Positions 1-8,183 of a stretch of DNA of 45,123 nucleotides are shown one piece after another. The notes beneath the pieces were generated by a model. That model made no database searches and had not been told where the DNA came from. It saw nothing but the letters and a program-made list of their open reading frames with translations. Source of the stretch: an uncultured Eubacteriales bacterium (lineage in GTDB: Bacteria; Bacillota; Clostridia; Christensenellales; UBA1242); assembly GCA_900557645.1 (NCBI GenBank), contig USSZ01000002.1, positions 1-45,123 of the forward strand. The letters run 5' to 3'. The position numbers and the translations under genes were made by a program. The number at the start of each line of letters is the position of its first letter. Positions within the stretch are counted from its first letter, which is position 1.

Positions 1-3000
1 AAAATATACCATGTGTTATTTTATTGGAATTTGATCTTGGTATTACAATCTTCACATTATTGTATTCTAACCCTTGTGACTTGTGAATAGAGACTGCATA
101 TGCTATTTGAAATGGTACTATAGACTTTAGTTTTGATTCTTCACGTTCTTCTTCTGTTGTCCCTCCTTGATTTTCAAATACAGTTAATTTTATAACGGTA
201 GCATCATCTAAATAATCACATACTTCAAAGTCGCTAAATCTAGTATCAAACTCTGTTAATAATATTTCTGCTTTTATTTTAAATGTTATATAATTTTCAC
301 CTTGCTCTATACCAATAATTTTTCCTTTTAAATTGTTATATAATTCTGGGAATCTTTTTGATTCATTAAATAGAATTGGATCTTTCACTTTATATTTCCA
401 TTCATGCCATTTATACTCATGTCCATCATTTGAATCCTGAAAATAATTATTGATATTGTTTAAACCATATCTACCATCATAATTTAAACACAACACAATT
501 TTGTCTTCATCACTGTCTATATCGTTAAATAAATTTTCTGTAATTCTTTCAGAAAATGGACCATCTATTACTAACTTTTCAGTAATTTGTGGACCTAAAA
601 TACGAACTTCATTCCACAAACTTTTTATCTTTTTATTTTCTGTTCTCCATGTATTATTTAATTCAATCATAGACTTTCCCTCTACAATATTTTTAACATA
701 ATAAAACCAATTGCCAAATTCAATAGATTCTATTTGATAAATATCACCCACCATTACAAATAAAGCATCTTGATTAATTTTATTTAATAAAATACTCATT
801 GTCCTATTATCAATAGTACTACATTCATCTATAAAAATAACATCATAATTTACAATATTTTTTCCTCTAACTATTTGATCTGCAACAGCAAATTTAGAAT
901 TTATTCCAGGTGTCGATATCCTTCGTTTTAAATTTTGAAGTGCTGTATGTGTTTTTGTTAAAAACAATTTACTTTTCCCTTCCATTAATTGGGATATATA
1001 ATCCATTAATTGAGTTTTTCCTGTGCCAGCCGCGCCATAAATTAGTAATAATCTTGAATCAACAAAAAGCTTTTGAACTGCGATTTTCTTTAATTCATCA
1101 TCTTTAAAAAGTTCTTTATGTTCTTTTATAAAATTTTCATTAACTCTTTTTTGCCCTCCAATACCTGATATTGTGAGTTCTTTTAACTTATTAATAATTT
1201 CTAGTGTCTGACTTTCATAATTTTGTATATAAACATACTTATCATTTTCTAAAACTTTAAATCCTTGTGCAATATCCCATGAATTTAATTTTGAATTATA
1301 AACATCTATTTTTTGCAATAAATCTTCATTTAAATCTTCCTTGTTTAAATAAATTTCACCAGAATCTTCTACTTTCTTTTTTATACTAATATATGGCAAA
1401 TAATCTTTAACAGTATTAATCCCAACAGCTCTTAATACATCTCTAGAAAAATGTGTATTGTTTGTTTTACTATTAGGTATATTATACAAACAAGGTTTAT
1501 TTTCAAAAGGGGTACATCGTGAAGTTATTTTCAGAGATTTATTATAAAATGATTTTGTTTCATCAGGTTTTCTCTTTATGCTTTCAATAATTTCTTCTTT
1601 CATTCTTATCAAAATATACCTAATTATGTTTTTTCCATAAGTATTGCTGCTATTATTAAAATTTTTATGTATGTCAACTAGAACATTTTTAAAGTATTGT
1701 GTATTTTTATTCTCATAAATGCAACTAATGGCTTGATTAAATGAAAATTCATTTAAGTCTATTAAATCTAACAAATTCATGCCCGTTTTTTGTAAAAAAT
1801 CCATTAAAGAACTATATTCTCCATAATTTCCAGACAATTTCAATTCATGATTTAATAAACTCGAAAACTTATTTAAAACACCAGGGTCAATTGAAACTTT
1901 CCAACTTGTTACAACTTTTATTCTAGAAGGTTTAGTCCATAATTCAATTATATCTTCAACAAAGCCCACTTGAATTGTGTAATTAGTTGGAATATTTTCA
2001 TGCGTATAGACAATAAATCTATTAAACTTAGAAGCATAAAGATCAGATAATTGCAATGTCATCTCATAATATCTTTTACCGTTTATATAAAAAGGCGTTT
2101 TCTTCTCTACAAAATATCTTGATTTATTATATCCTGCCATTTGATTCTTATTTTTTTCTACAATTTGGCAAACTTTTTCATAATAATCTTTATCTTCTTC
2201 AGTTAAATCCAAAGGGAATTTTTCTAAATTAGTTAAAACTTCTACTTTATAATATTCTTTTAAGTATTCTCTTATTCCCCATAAATAATCATAATATTTT
2301 AATAAAAGTCTTTCACTTTGACCATCTTCAGGTATTCTTCTAGCTAAGTATCTTAATGATTGATAAAAATCAGTTAAAAAATGAGTGCTTCTGTCAAATA
2401 AAGCTTTCTCCCATGCTATTGCGATAGTTGGATTTTCAACGCCACACCGTACTGCATTTAATAATAATGTCGCCATACAAAAATCTTCTAATGACACCAT
2501 CATTTTTTTAGATACACTTTCTCTAGTTTCGTCTAACAATTCAATTCTATCAATTGCTTCACATATATCATTATTTCGTTCTTTTATAATTTTAAGTATT
2601 TCAATTTTATTCCTTCTAGTATCGTCTAATTTTCTAATAAATGAATGCTGTTCAGCTATTTTTGTTAAATTTTTAACAAATTCTTTAATAGATTCTTCCG
2701 AACATTTAATTTCTTCATTCTTATCAAAAGTAATGGTAACACTATTGTTTTTGAAATCTATATTGTTTATAAAATTAGGTGAAAGATATTTCCAAAAAAC
2801 TCTTTCATGCGTTCTTACTTTGGGTTTTATAACTACAAATAGTATCCCTGGATCTGAAGTGACATTTTTGTATATATAAGCAGGAAATGCAAGGCTTTTT
2901 AACGAGTATTTTATACCATCATTAATTTCTTCATATTGAGAATCTGTACCTTTTATCTGAACAGTAAAATTTTGAAATGGTCTTCTAGAAATATTTGGAT

Positions 3001-3178
3001 CATTTATTAATTCAAAATTGCCATCAGTATTAGGCCATTTATCTTCAGAAGCAAAATTTGTGGAAATATTACTACATCTTAAAAAAAACTCTAGTACACT
3101 AACAGCAGCCCTATCTTCTTCACTTCTTTCACTATGTGTTTTTATATGTCTTTCAATATCTTCATCTTTTATTTCCAT
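1..3178 (-). CDS. Large nuclease-helicase fusion, 3' end beyond the window edge: DUF4365-like PD-(D/E)xK N-domain, about 600 aa of unknown function, then a RecD-like SF1 helicase
   Basis: Hand translation of the minus strand from ATG at 3178 (GGAG 6 nt upstream) gives 1059 sense codons down to position 2. It is absent from the ORF track because it has no in-window stop. N-terminal motifs: WPNTDGNFELIN..FTVQIKGT..ILFVVIKP..VFWKYL (DUF4365-like layout). C-terminal motifs: Walker A LLLIYGAAGTGKTQL (~1005-1040), Walker B DVIFIDECS (~815-845), MVGDIYQ, and AYAVSIHKSQGLEY (~64-95), typical of AAA_30/UvrD_C_2 RecD-like helicases. Confidence 0.8.
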   Translation of the reverse strand, partial: MEIKDEDIERHIKTHSERSEEDRAAVSVLEFFLRCSNISTNFASEDKWPNTDGNFELINDPNISRRPFQNFTVQIKGTDSQYEEINDGIKYSLKSLAFPAYIYKNVTSDPGILFVVIKPKVRTHERVFWKYLSPNFINNIDFKNNSVTITFDKNEEIKCSEESIKEFVKNLTKIAEQHSFIRKLDDTRRNKIEILKIIKERNNDICEAIDRIELLDETRESVSKKMMVSLEDFCMATLLLNAVRCGVENPTIAIAWEKALFDRSTHFLTDFYQSLRYLARRIPEDGQSERLLLKYYDYLWGIREYLKEYYKVEVLTNLEKFPLDLTEEDKDYYEKVCQIVEKNKNQMAGYNKSRYFVEKKTPFYINGKRYYEMTLQLSDLYASKFNRFIVYTHENIPTNYTIQVGFVEDIIELWTKPSRIKVVTSWKVSIDPGVLNKFSSLLNHELKLSGNYGEYSSLMDFLQKTGMNLLDLIDLNEFSFNQAISCIYENKNTQYFKNVLVDIHKNFNNSSNTYGKNIIRYILIRMKEEIIESIKRKPDETKSFYNKSLKITSRCTPFENKPCLYNIPNSKTNNTHFSRDVLRAVGINTVKDYLPYISIKKKVEDSGEIYLNKEDLNEDLLQKIDVYNSKLNSWDIAQGFKVLENDKYVYIQNYESQTLEIINKLKELTISGIGGQKRVNENFIKEHKELFKDDELKKIAVQKLFVDSRLLLIYGAAGTGKTQLMDYISQLMEGKSKLFLTKTHTALQNLKRRISTPGINSKFAVADQIVRGKNIVNYDVIFIDECSTIDNRTMSILLNKINQDALFVMVGDIYQIESIEFGNWFYYVKNIVEGKSMIELNNTWRTENKKIKSLWNEVRILGPQITEKLVIDGPFSERITENLFNDIDSDEDKIVLCLNYDGRYGLNNINNYFQDSNDGHEYKWHEWKYKVKDPILFNESKRFPELYNNLKGKIIGIEQGENYITFKIKAEILLTEFDTRFSDFEVCDYLDDATVIKLTVFENQGGTTEEEREESKLKSIVPFQIAYAVSIHKSQGLEYNNVKIVIPRSNSNKITHGIF

Positions 3179-3254
3179 AAATACTCCATATTACTAATTT
3201 TTTAACTATATATTATGTTAATATATCTTAGTGCTAAAACATTAAAATTTTCAG

Positions 3255-3878
3255 TTATAATTGCTTTTCTACATCAATTTCTATTACCTTTTTAGGGCTA
3301 GTATATCTTAACATATCAGCTTCTTTTATCTTTGTGTTGCCAATATATGAAAAGAATTTTTTTGCATCTTCTATGCTAAAAAATCTCTTATTATAACCTT
3401 CAACAAAATAATAATTTTCTTCTATTTTTTGACCATTGCCAGCACCAAAATTTTTATCAGCAATTGAATTAACTCTAGCAAGTAAATGTCCGTTTGGTTT
3501 TAATATTCGCTTTATTTCTTTCATTATTGCTATTGTTGTTTTTTCGTCAAAATAATGTAAACTTAAATCTGCAATAACCAAATCAAATGTTATATTTTTA
3601 AAAGGCAGTGGATTTGAAATATCAAGCCATTTTGTTTCTACACTCTTAAGTTGTTCTTTTAGGTGTTTTAATGCAACATCTGAATAATCACAAGCAATCA
3701 CTTTAAATCCGCGTTCAGTTAAATACAAAGTGTCATTTCCAACTCCACATCCAAGGTCTAAAACTTTAGTTTTACATTTATCTAAAATATCTTTATATTT
3801 ATCTAACCAATTATCATAGGTTATTTTGCCCATCGAGTATGTCTTATGAGTTTCATCCCAATAGTCCTTAAATTGCAT
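3255..3878 (-). CDS. Class I SAM-dependent methyltransferase (small-molecule type, not a recognisable DNA methyltransferase)
   Basis: 207-aa ORF. Motif I is VLDLGCGVGNDTLYL, with acidic post-I VIACDYS and DLVIADLSLHYF. No DPPY/NPPY/PCQ DNA-methyltransferase motifs. GGAGG lies 7 nt upstream. Its ATG shares one base with the TAA of the upstream helicase gene (TAATG). Confidence 0.85.
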   Translation of the reverse strand: MQFKDYWDETHKTYSMGKITYDNWLDKYKDILDKCKTKVLDLGCGVGNDTLYLTERGFKVIACDYSDVALKHLKEQLKSVETKWLDISNPLPFKNITFDLVIADLSLHYFDEKTTIAIMKEIKRILKPNGHLLARVNSIADKNFGAGNGQKIEENYYFVEGYNKRFFSIEDAKKFFSYIGNTKIKEADMLRYTSPKKVIEIDVEKQL

Positions 3879-6379
3879 TATAATCCTCCTAAATTCTTAT
3901 AGTATTCTTTTAAAAATTGTTTTTCTTTATTTACAATATTTTGCTTTATTTCTTCAGTAAGTTTTGACCATAAGATTGGATTAAAAGATAAAATATTTAA
4001 GTCTTTACTAAAATACACAAATCTTTTTCTTTCAAACTTTTCGAAAGGATTATCTAAAATGCTTTTCTTCATTTTTGTTCTATCATTTAAGTATTTATAA
4101 TTAAAAACACAATTTTTACGGTCAACAGGTAAATTTCTATCTAATCTATCAATGTAAAACTTTGAATATTTATCAATAAGGTTATCAATATTAACTTCAC
4201 CTTCTTTATCGGCAAGTTCAAACATACTTAACATAAAAATCAATTTAAAAGAATAGGTTAAAGTATTTTCATCTATAAAATCAATAAAATCTTGCAAAAT
4301 CGTCGTTTCATTATGGTCTTTTAATTGTTTTGCTTGTTTAATTTTTGCAATGTCTTCATTTGAAAAATAAGGCATAAGTTTATTTCCTATTGGCAATGAC
4401 AAACTTGAAAAACTTGGATTTATTTTTACCCATTTACTTAAAGTATTTGTTCCAACAAATAACTCACGAGCGGTTTGTTCTAGCGACTTATAATCTTTAT
4501 ATTTTTCTTCGAAAGTGAAAACATCTATTTCTTGCATAGATATTTCAGTTTCTGAAAGTCCTAAAATGTTTAGATAATCAAAATTATTATTTATAACACC
4601 CGCAAAATCGCTGTAATTAGCAATTTTGAATAATGAATTAAAACTCCAAGGTGTAAGTTTTCCTTCATAGTTATCAACAACATCAATAACATACAAACAT
4701 TCTTTTCCTGGATAATTTCGTAAACCACGACCAATTTGTTGCAGATATAAGACTTTTGAAAGTGTTGGTCTAGCCATAACAACAATTTCAGTTTGTGGAC
4801 AATCCCAACCATCACTTATAACTTGACAGCTTAAAAGAAATTGAATTTCTTTATTTTTATAACTTTCAAAAATGGTATCATTATCTTTATTAAAACCATA
4901 AACTGCTCTTGCTTTTATTCCAGTATCGTTTAGCATTTTTTCTAGTTTTTTGCAGTGCTGAATGTTAACACAAAAGACTATTCCTTGTTTATAAAAATCT
5001 TTTTGTGGTGCGAAATATTTTTTTATTGTATTTGTAATCAACTCATTTCTAGAATCTATAACAAGCGTTTTTTCAAGATCTGCATAGTTGTAGTCTTTTC
5101 CATTATACCTGACTTCACTTAAGTCAATATTACTGATAAGTCTATAACATCTTATATTTGAAATTACACCTTTTTCAATCGCTTCTCGTAATGTCAATTT
5201 TGTTTCATATTGTCCAAACATTTCATCAAGTTTACGCTTGTCTAATCTTTCTGGTGTTGCTGTTAATCCAATTAAATATTTTGGTGTAAAGTATTGTAAT
5301 GTCTTTTTACAATTTGCCGCTTGAGCATGGTGTGCTTCATCAAAAACTATGTAATCATAATAGTCTTTTAAACGAAAATTCTTTTCAAGAAAAACTGTAT
5401 TATAATATTTTATTTCAATATCGAGTTTACCATTAAAAATTGCCACTCTCTTTTGCCAATCTTCTTTAATTGGAATTGATGGCACCATTATCAAAACTTT
5501 TTTAATTTTGTTATCTTCTGCTAGTTGCTTTAAATCTTCTATTACTATTTGAGATTTTCCTGTCCCTGTTGGAATAACAATAAGCGATGTATTAATGCCT
5601 TCTTCTCTTGATTTGTTTATATCTTCAAGAATTTTCTCTTGATGTTCATAGAGTTTAAACTTTCTTTGTTCTTTTACAACAACTGAATTTATAAAGTTTT
5701 CTTTATCACCTAAATATGATTTTATATTGTCAATCGTTTGCTCTTTAAAAGATAAATTTTGACTCGAAAAACGGAACACTTTAAAACCATACAAAACTAA
5801 TGTGTTTTGTTTTTCCAACTGTCTTTCGTATGCTTTATTACCTATTAAACAGGGGTGATGATAGTGAACACCATTCTCTTCAATAGCATAATTTCCATTT
5901 TTAGTTTCAACAACATAGTCAACAAAAGCATTTCTACCATTATCCAAAGACACAGAATATTCTTTCTTTAAATATTCTGTCGCATTATCACCATAAGTTT
6001 CTACAAACAAATCTTCAAAAGTTTTTTCAAGTGGGGTGTTGTCTAAATGTGCATTGTCAAAAGAACCACCATCATCCTTTATTTTTATATCTACTGGTGT
6101 TTTATTTAACCATTCGTTAATTTTTGTATATGTATCATCATTTACAAAATTAAATCTGTAAAGCTTATCATATTCAGCCATATATTTATTTTGCATTTCA
6201 CAATACTTAGAATAATCAAAAACTACTTCTTTATCGTTTTCACAAATATCATTATCCAATATTACACAAGTATTATCTTTTTTAAACACAAAAGAATTAT
6301 GGGTATCATCAAATGAATACTCATCTAAAAATGTAAGTCCTAACTTGCAAACAGCATTTTTATTTATCATTCTTCTCAC
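3878..6379 (-). CDS. SF2 (ResIII/DEAH-type) helicase with an N-terminal Vsr/DUF559-like endonuclease domain and a C-terminal HTH plus unknown domain
   Basis: 833-aa ORF. The GTG at 6379 is less likely as the start than the ATG at 6370. Nuclease-like core (aa 115-205, nt 5765-6037): E..LF..YG...AFVDYVVETKNGNYAIEENGVHYHH...YERQLEKQNTLVLYGFKVFRF. Helicase motifs: I VIPTGTGKSQ, II VFDEAHH, III LTATP, VI QQIGRGLR. The C-terminal ~190 aa (nt ~3881-4460) is unassigned. Confidence 0.85.
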   Translation of the reverse strand: MRRMINKNAVCKLGLTFLDEYSFDDTHNSFVFKKDNTCVILDNDICENDKEVVFDYSKYCEMQNKYMAEYDKLYRFNFVNDDTYTKINEWLNKTPVDIKIKDDGGSFDNAHLDNTPLEKTFEDLFVETYGDNATEYLKKEYSVSLDNGRNAFVDYVVETKNGNYAIEENGVHYHHPCLIGNKAYERQLEKQNTLVLYGFKVFRFSSQNLSFKEQTIDNIKSYLGDKENFINSVVVKEQRKFKLYEHQEKILEDINKSREEGINTSLIVIPTGTGKSQIVIEDLKQLAEDNKIKKVLIMVPSIPIKEDWQKRVAIFNGKLDIEIKYYNTVFLEKNFRLKDYYDYIVFDEAHHAQAANCKKTLQYFTPKYLIGLTATPERLDKRKLDEMFGQYETKLTLREAIEKGVISNIRCYRLISNIDLSEVRYNGKDYNYADLEKTLVIDSRNELITNTIKKYFAPQKDFYKQGIVFCVNIQHCKKLEKMLNDTGIKARAVYGFNKDNDTIFESYKNKEIQFLLSCQVISDGWDCPQTEIVVMARPTLSKVLYLQQIGRGLRNYPGKECLYVIDVVDNYEGKLTPWSFNSLFKIANYSDFAGVINNNFDYLNILGLSETEISMQEIDVFTFEEKYKDYKSLEQTARELFVGTNTLSKWVKINPSFSSLSLPIGNKLMPYFSNEDIAKIKQAKQLKDHNETTILQDFIDFIDENTLTYSFKLIFMLSMFELADKEGEVNIDNLIDKYSKFYIDRLDRNLPVDRKNCVFNYKYLNDRTKMKKSILDNPFEKFERKRFVYFSKDLNILSFNPILWSKLTEEIKQNIVNKEKQFLKEYYKNLGGL

Positions 6380-6686
6380 TTACACTTTCAAGAAAAATTT
6401 TCTTTTTGAAAGCACCTCTTTTGTCAACCTTTGCATTCCTTATTTTTTCAAAATCTTCATAAGAAACACCTTTAACAGCAAGAATTGCTCTTAAAACTTC
6501 TTCCAAATCAGCAAGTTCTTCCACTTCTCCACTTTCTAAATATTCCTTAAGTTCTTCTTGCATTTTTGTATTAAGAGTTTCTAAATACTCATCATCTTCC
6601 ATAATTCTTGTCACACAAGTTTTGCCATTATCAGCAACAATTATCTCTGGAATTTTATCTCTAACAAGTTTGTTATATACTTTCAT
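6360..6686 (-). CDS. MazG-like / PRA-PH-like all-alpha nucleoside triphosphate pyrophosphohydrolase
   Basis: 108-aa ORF starting MKVYNKLVRDKIPEII, with the acidic metal-binding helix pair QEELKEYLESGEVEELADLEEVL. GGAG RBS is present. The 3' end overlaps the helicase start by 11-20 nt. Confidence 0.7.
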   Translation of the reverse strand: MKVYNKLVRDKIPEIIVADNGKTCVTRIMEDDEYLETLNTKMQEELKEYLESGEVEELADLEEVLRAILAVKGVSYEDFEKIRNAKVDKRGAFKKKIFLESVSEKNDK

Positions 6687-6792
6687 AATGTTATCTCCTT
6701 AAAAGCATTATAACATATTTTTTTGTAAATTTATTTAAAAATCTACAAAAATCATAATTTTATGTTATACTTTAATTAAGAGAGGGATAATA

Positions 6793-7878
6793 ATGAAAAA
6801 AATTGAAAAGGCATATTTTATTTATAGATGTTTTGCTGAAATGGTTCTTGATATAAAAGACACATATATTAATTATTTAGTTGTTGAAAAATATCATATG
6901 AAGCAATTTTCTTACTATAATGCTTCTTTACACTTTCAAGCTTGCATTTTAAACTTTTATGCTATTTTTCAAAAATTCTTATGCAAAATATTTAGAAAGA
7001 TTTTAAAGGATAATGCTTTGCAATATTTTGGCAGTGAACAAATATTGTTTTCTAAATTATATAAATATAAATACAATAAAACTAATTTAATTAATGATTT
7101 AATAGAAGAAAAAATTAACAACTTTACACGTGGAACTTCAGATATATCTAATTTATGTAAAAATTTAGGAATTATTAATCTCGGAGCACTTAATGAATTA
7201 AAAATTGATTATGAAGAATTTTGCGCACGAAGAAACATCTATGCGCATGGTATTGATCACATAACTAAAGAGTATTTAATAATAAGCAATGAAGTGAATA
7301 ATTCTTGGTTAAAAGACAATAAACTTGTTGAAAATCAAGAATATATAGTTCATTGCATGAATCTTATATATAAGTTATTTTTCCAATTGTATTATGATTT
7401 AGATATTATAACAAAAGAAAAAATTGATAGATCAATAATAGAATCTTTAAATACGTTTATTTATGAAGAATTTTATAATAAAGGGAATTGGGAAGTTTCA
7501 AAATATATTTATGCTAGATTAAAAAATATTAAATGTAAAATTACAAAAGCAAATACTACTCTATATAAACAAATGTATTTTGTAAACTTTCTCCATTCTT
7601 GTAAAATGCTTGGAGAAAATGTAGTGCAAAAAATAAAAAATATAAAATTTAGATATGATTATAAAAAATATGAAATTGTGAAAAATGCAATTTTAGAAGA
7701 AAATAAACTTGTTTATGAAGGTATAATAGCTTTACAAAAACAAAATACAGATATTAATAAAAGTATAAGTATTGAAAATGTTAATACATGGCCTGTTTTT
7801 AACTCTTTTAGATGCTCGGATTATTATAAAAAATTATTAATGAATTTATCTACAGTTTCTGAAATCAAAGAAAAATAG
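6793..7878 (+). CDS. HEPN-domain protein (Rx4H motif), Abi-like / RiboL-PSP-HEPN-like, with an unknown C-terminal half
   Basis: 361-aa ORF with RBS GAGAGGG. EFCARRNIYAHGIDH carries R147-x4-H152 (nt 7231-7248). It sits divergent to the helicase operon. Confidence 0.6.
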   Translation: MKKIEKAYFIYRCFAEMVLDIKDTYINYLVVEKYHMKQFSYYNASLHFQACILNFYAIFQKFLCKIFRKILKDNALQYFGSEQILFSKLYKYKYNKTNLINDLIEEKINNFTRGTSDISNLCKNLGIINLGALNELKIDYEEFCARRNIYAHGIDHITKEYLIISNEVNNSWLKDNKLVENQEYIVHCMNLIYKLFFQLYYDLDIITKEKIDRSIIESLNTFIYEEFYNKGNWEVSKYIYARLKNIKCKITKANTTLYKQMYFVNFLHSCKMLGENVVQKIKNIKFRYDYKKYEIVKNAILEENKLVYEGIIALQKQNTDINKSISIENVNTWPVFNSFRCSDYYKKLLMNLSTVSEIKEK

Positions 7879-8028
7879 CATTCATTTTAAAATTGAAAAA
7901 TTCTTGAAATAGATATTAAATTTTAGAATTATTATGTATATTAAAAAATGTTATTTTAAATACATTGTAATTGACAATGAATTTTTAAATGAAAGTTCAA
8001 TCTGAATAGTGTTGGTGCCACCAAAAGG

Positions 8029-8063
8029 TTGTCGTTTGAACTCAAACGGCAATCTATTATTTT
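8029..8063 (+). terminator. Probable intrinsic terminator downstream of the HEPN gene
   Basis: Stem ttgtcgtttg (8029-8038) / caaacggcaa (8043-8052), 10 bp with one G-U pair and loop aact, followed by T-rich tctattattttc. Confidence 0.45.
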
Positions 8064-8183
8064 CTATCTATAAAAAATTATTTCTTTCATTAGAAATTAT
8101 ATAAAATATTTTATAACAAAAAAATATGCTAAATATATTTAATTTAAATATAAATAGTTTCTCAAAATTTGTAAATTGTATTT

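Noticed and set aside
501-2879. Four short plus-strand ORFs from the track (501-701, 910-1107, 1741-1926, 2385-2879).
   Set aside because: They lie antisense to a 1059-codon open minus-strand frame with clear helicase motifs. Their translations are low-complexity and hydrophobic (F/L/I/S-rich), as expected for the antisense of AT-rich coding DNA.
4591-4815. A 74-aa minus-strand ORF nested inside the SF2 helicase gene in another frame.
   Set aside because: It is fully contained in a gene with strong motif support, and it has no RBS or independent signal.
7994-8052. A locally GC-richer structured island (AGTTCAA...TTGAACT, TTGGTG-C-CACCAA, terminator-like hairpin) as a possible small RNA.
   Set aside because: The strongest hairpin plus T-rich tail is adequately explained as the terminator of the HEPN gene. 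There is no convincing promoter or recognisable RNA-family motif.
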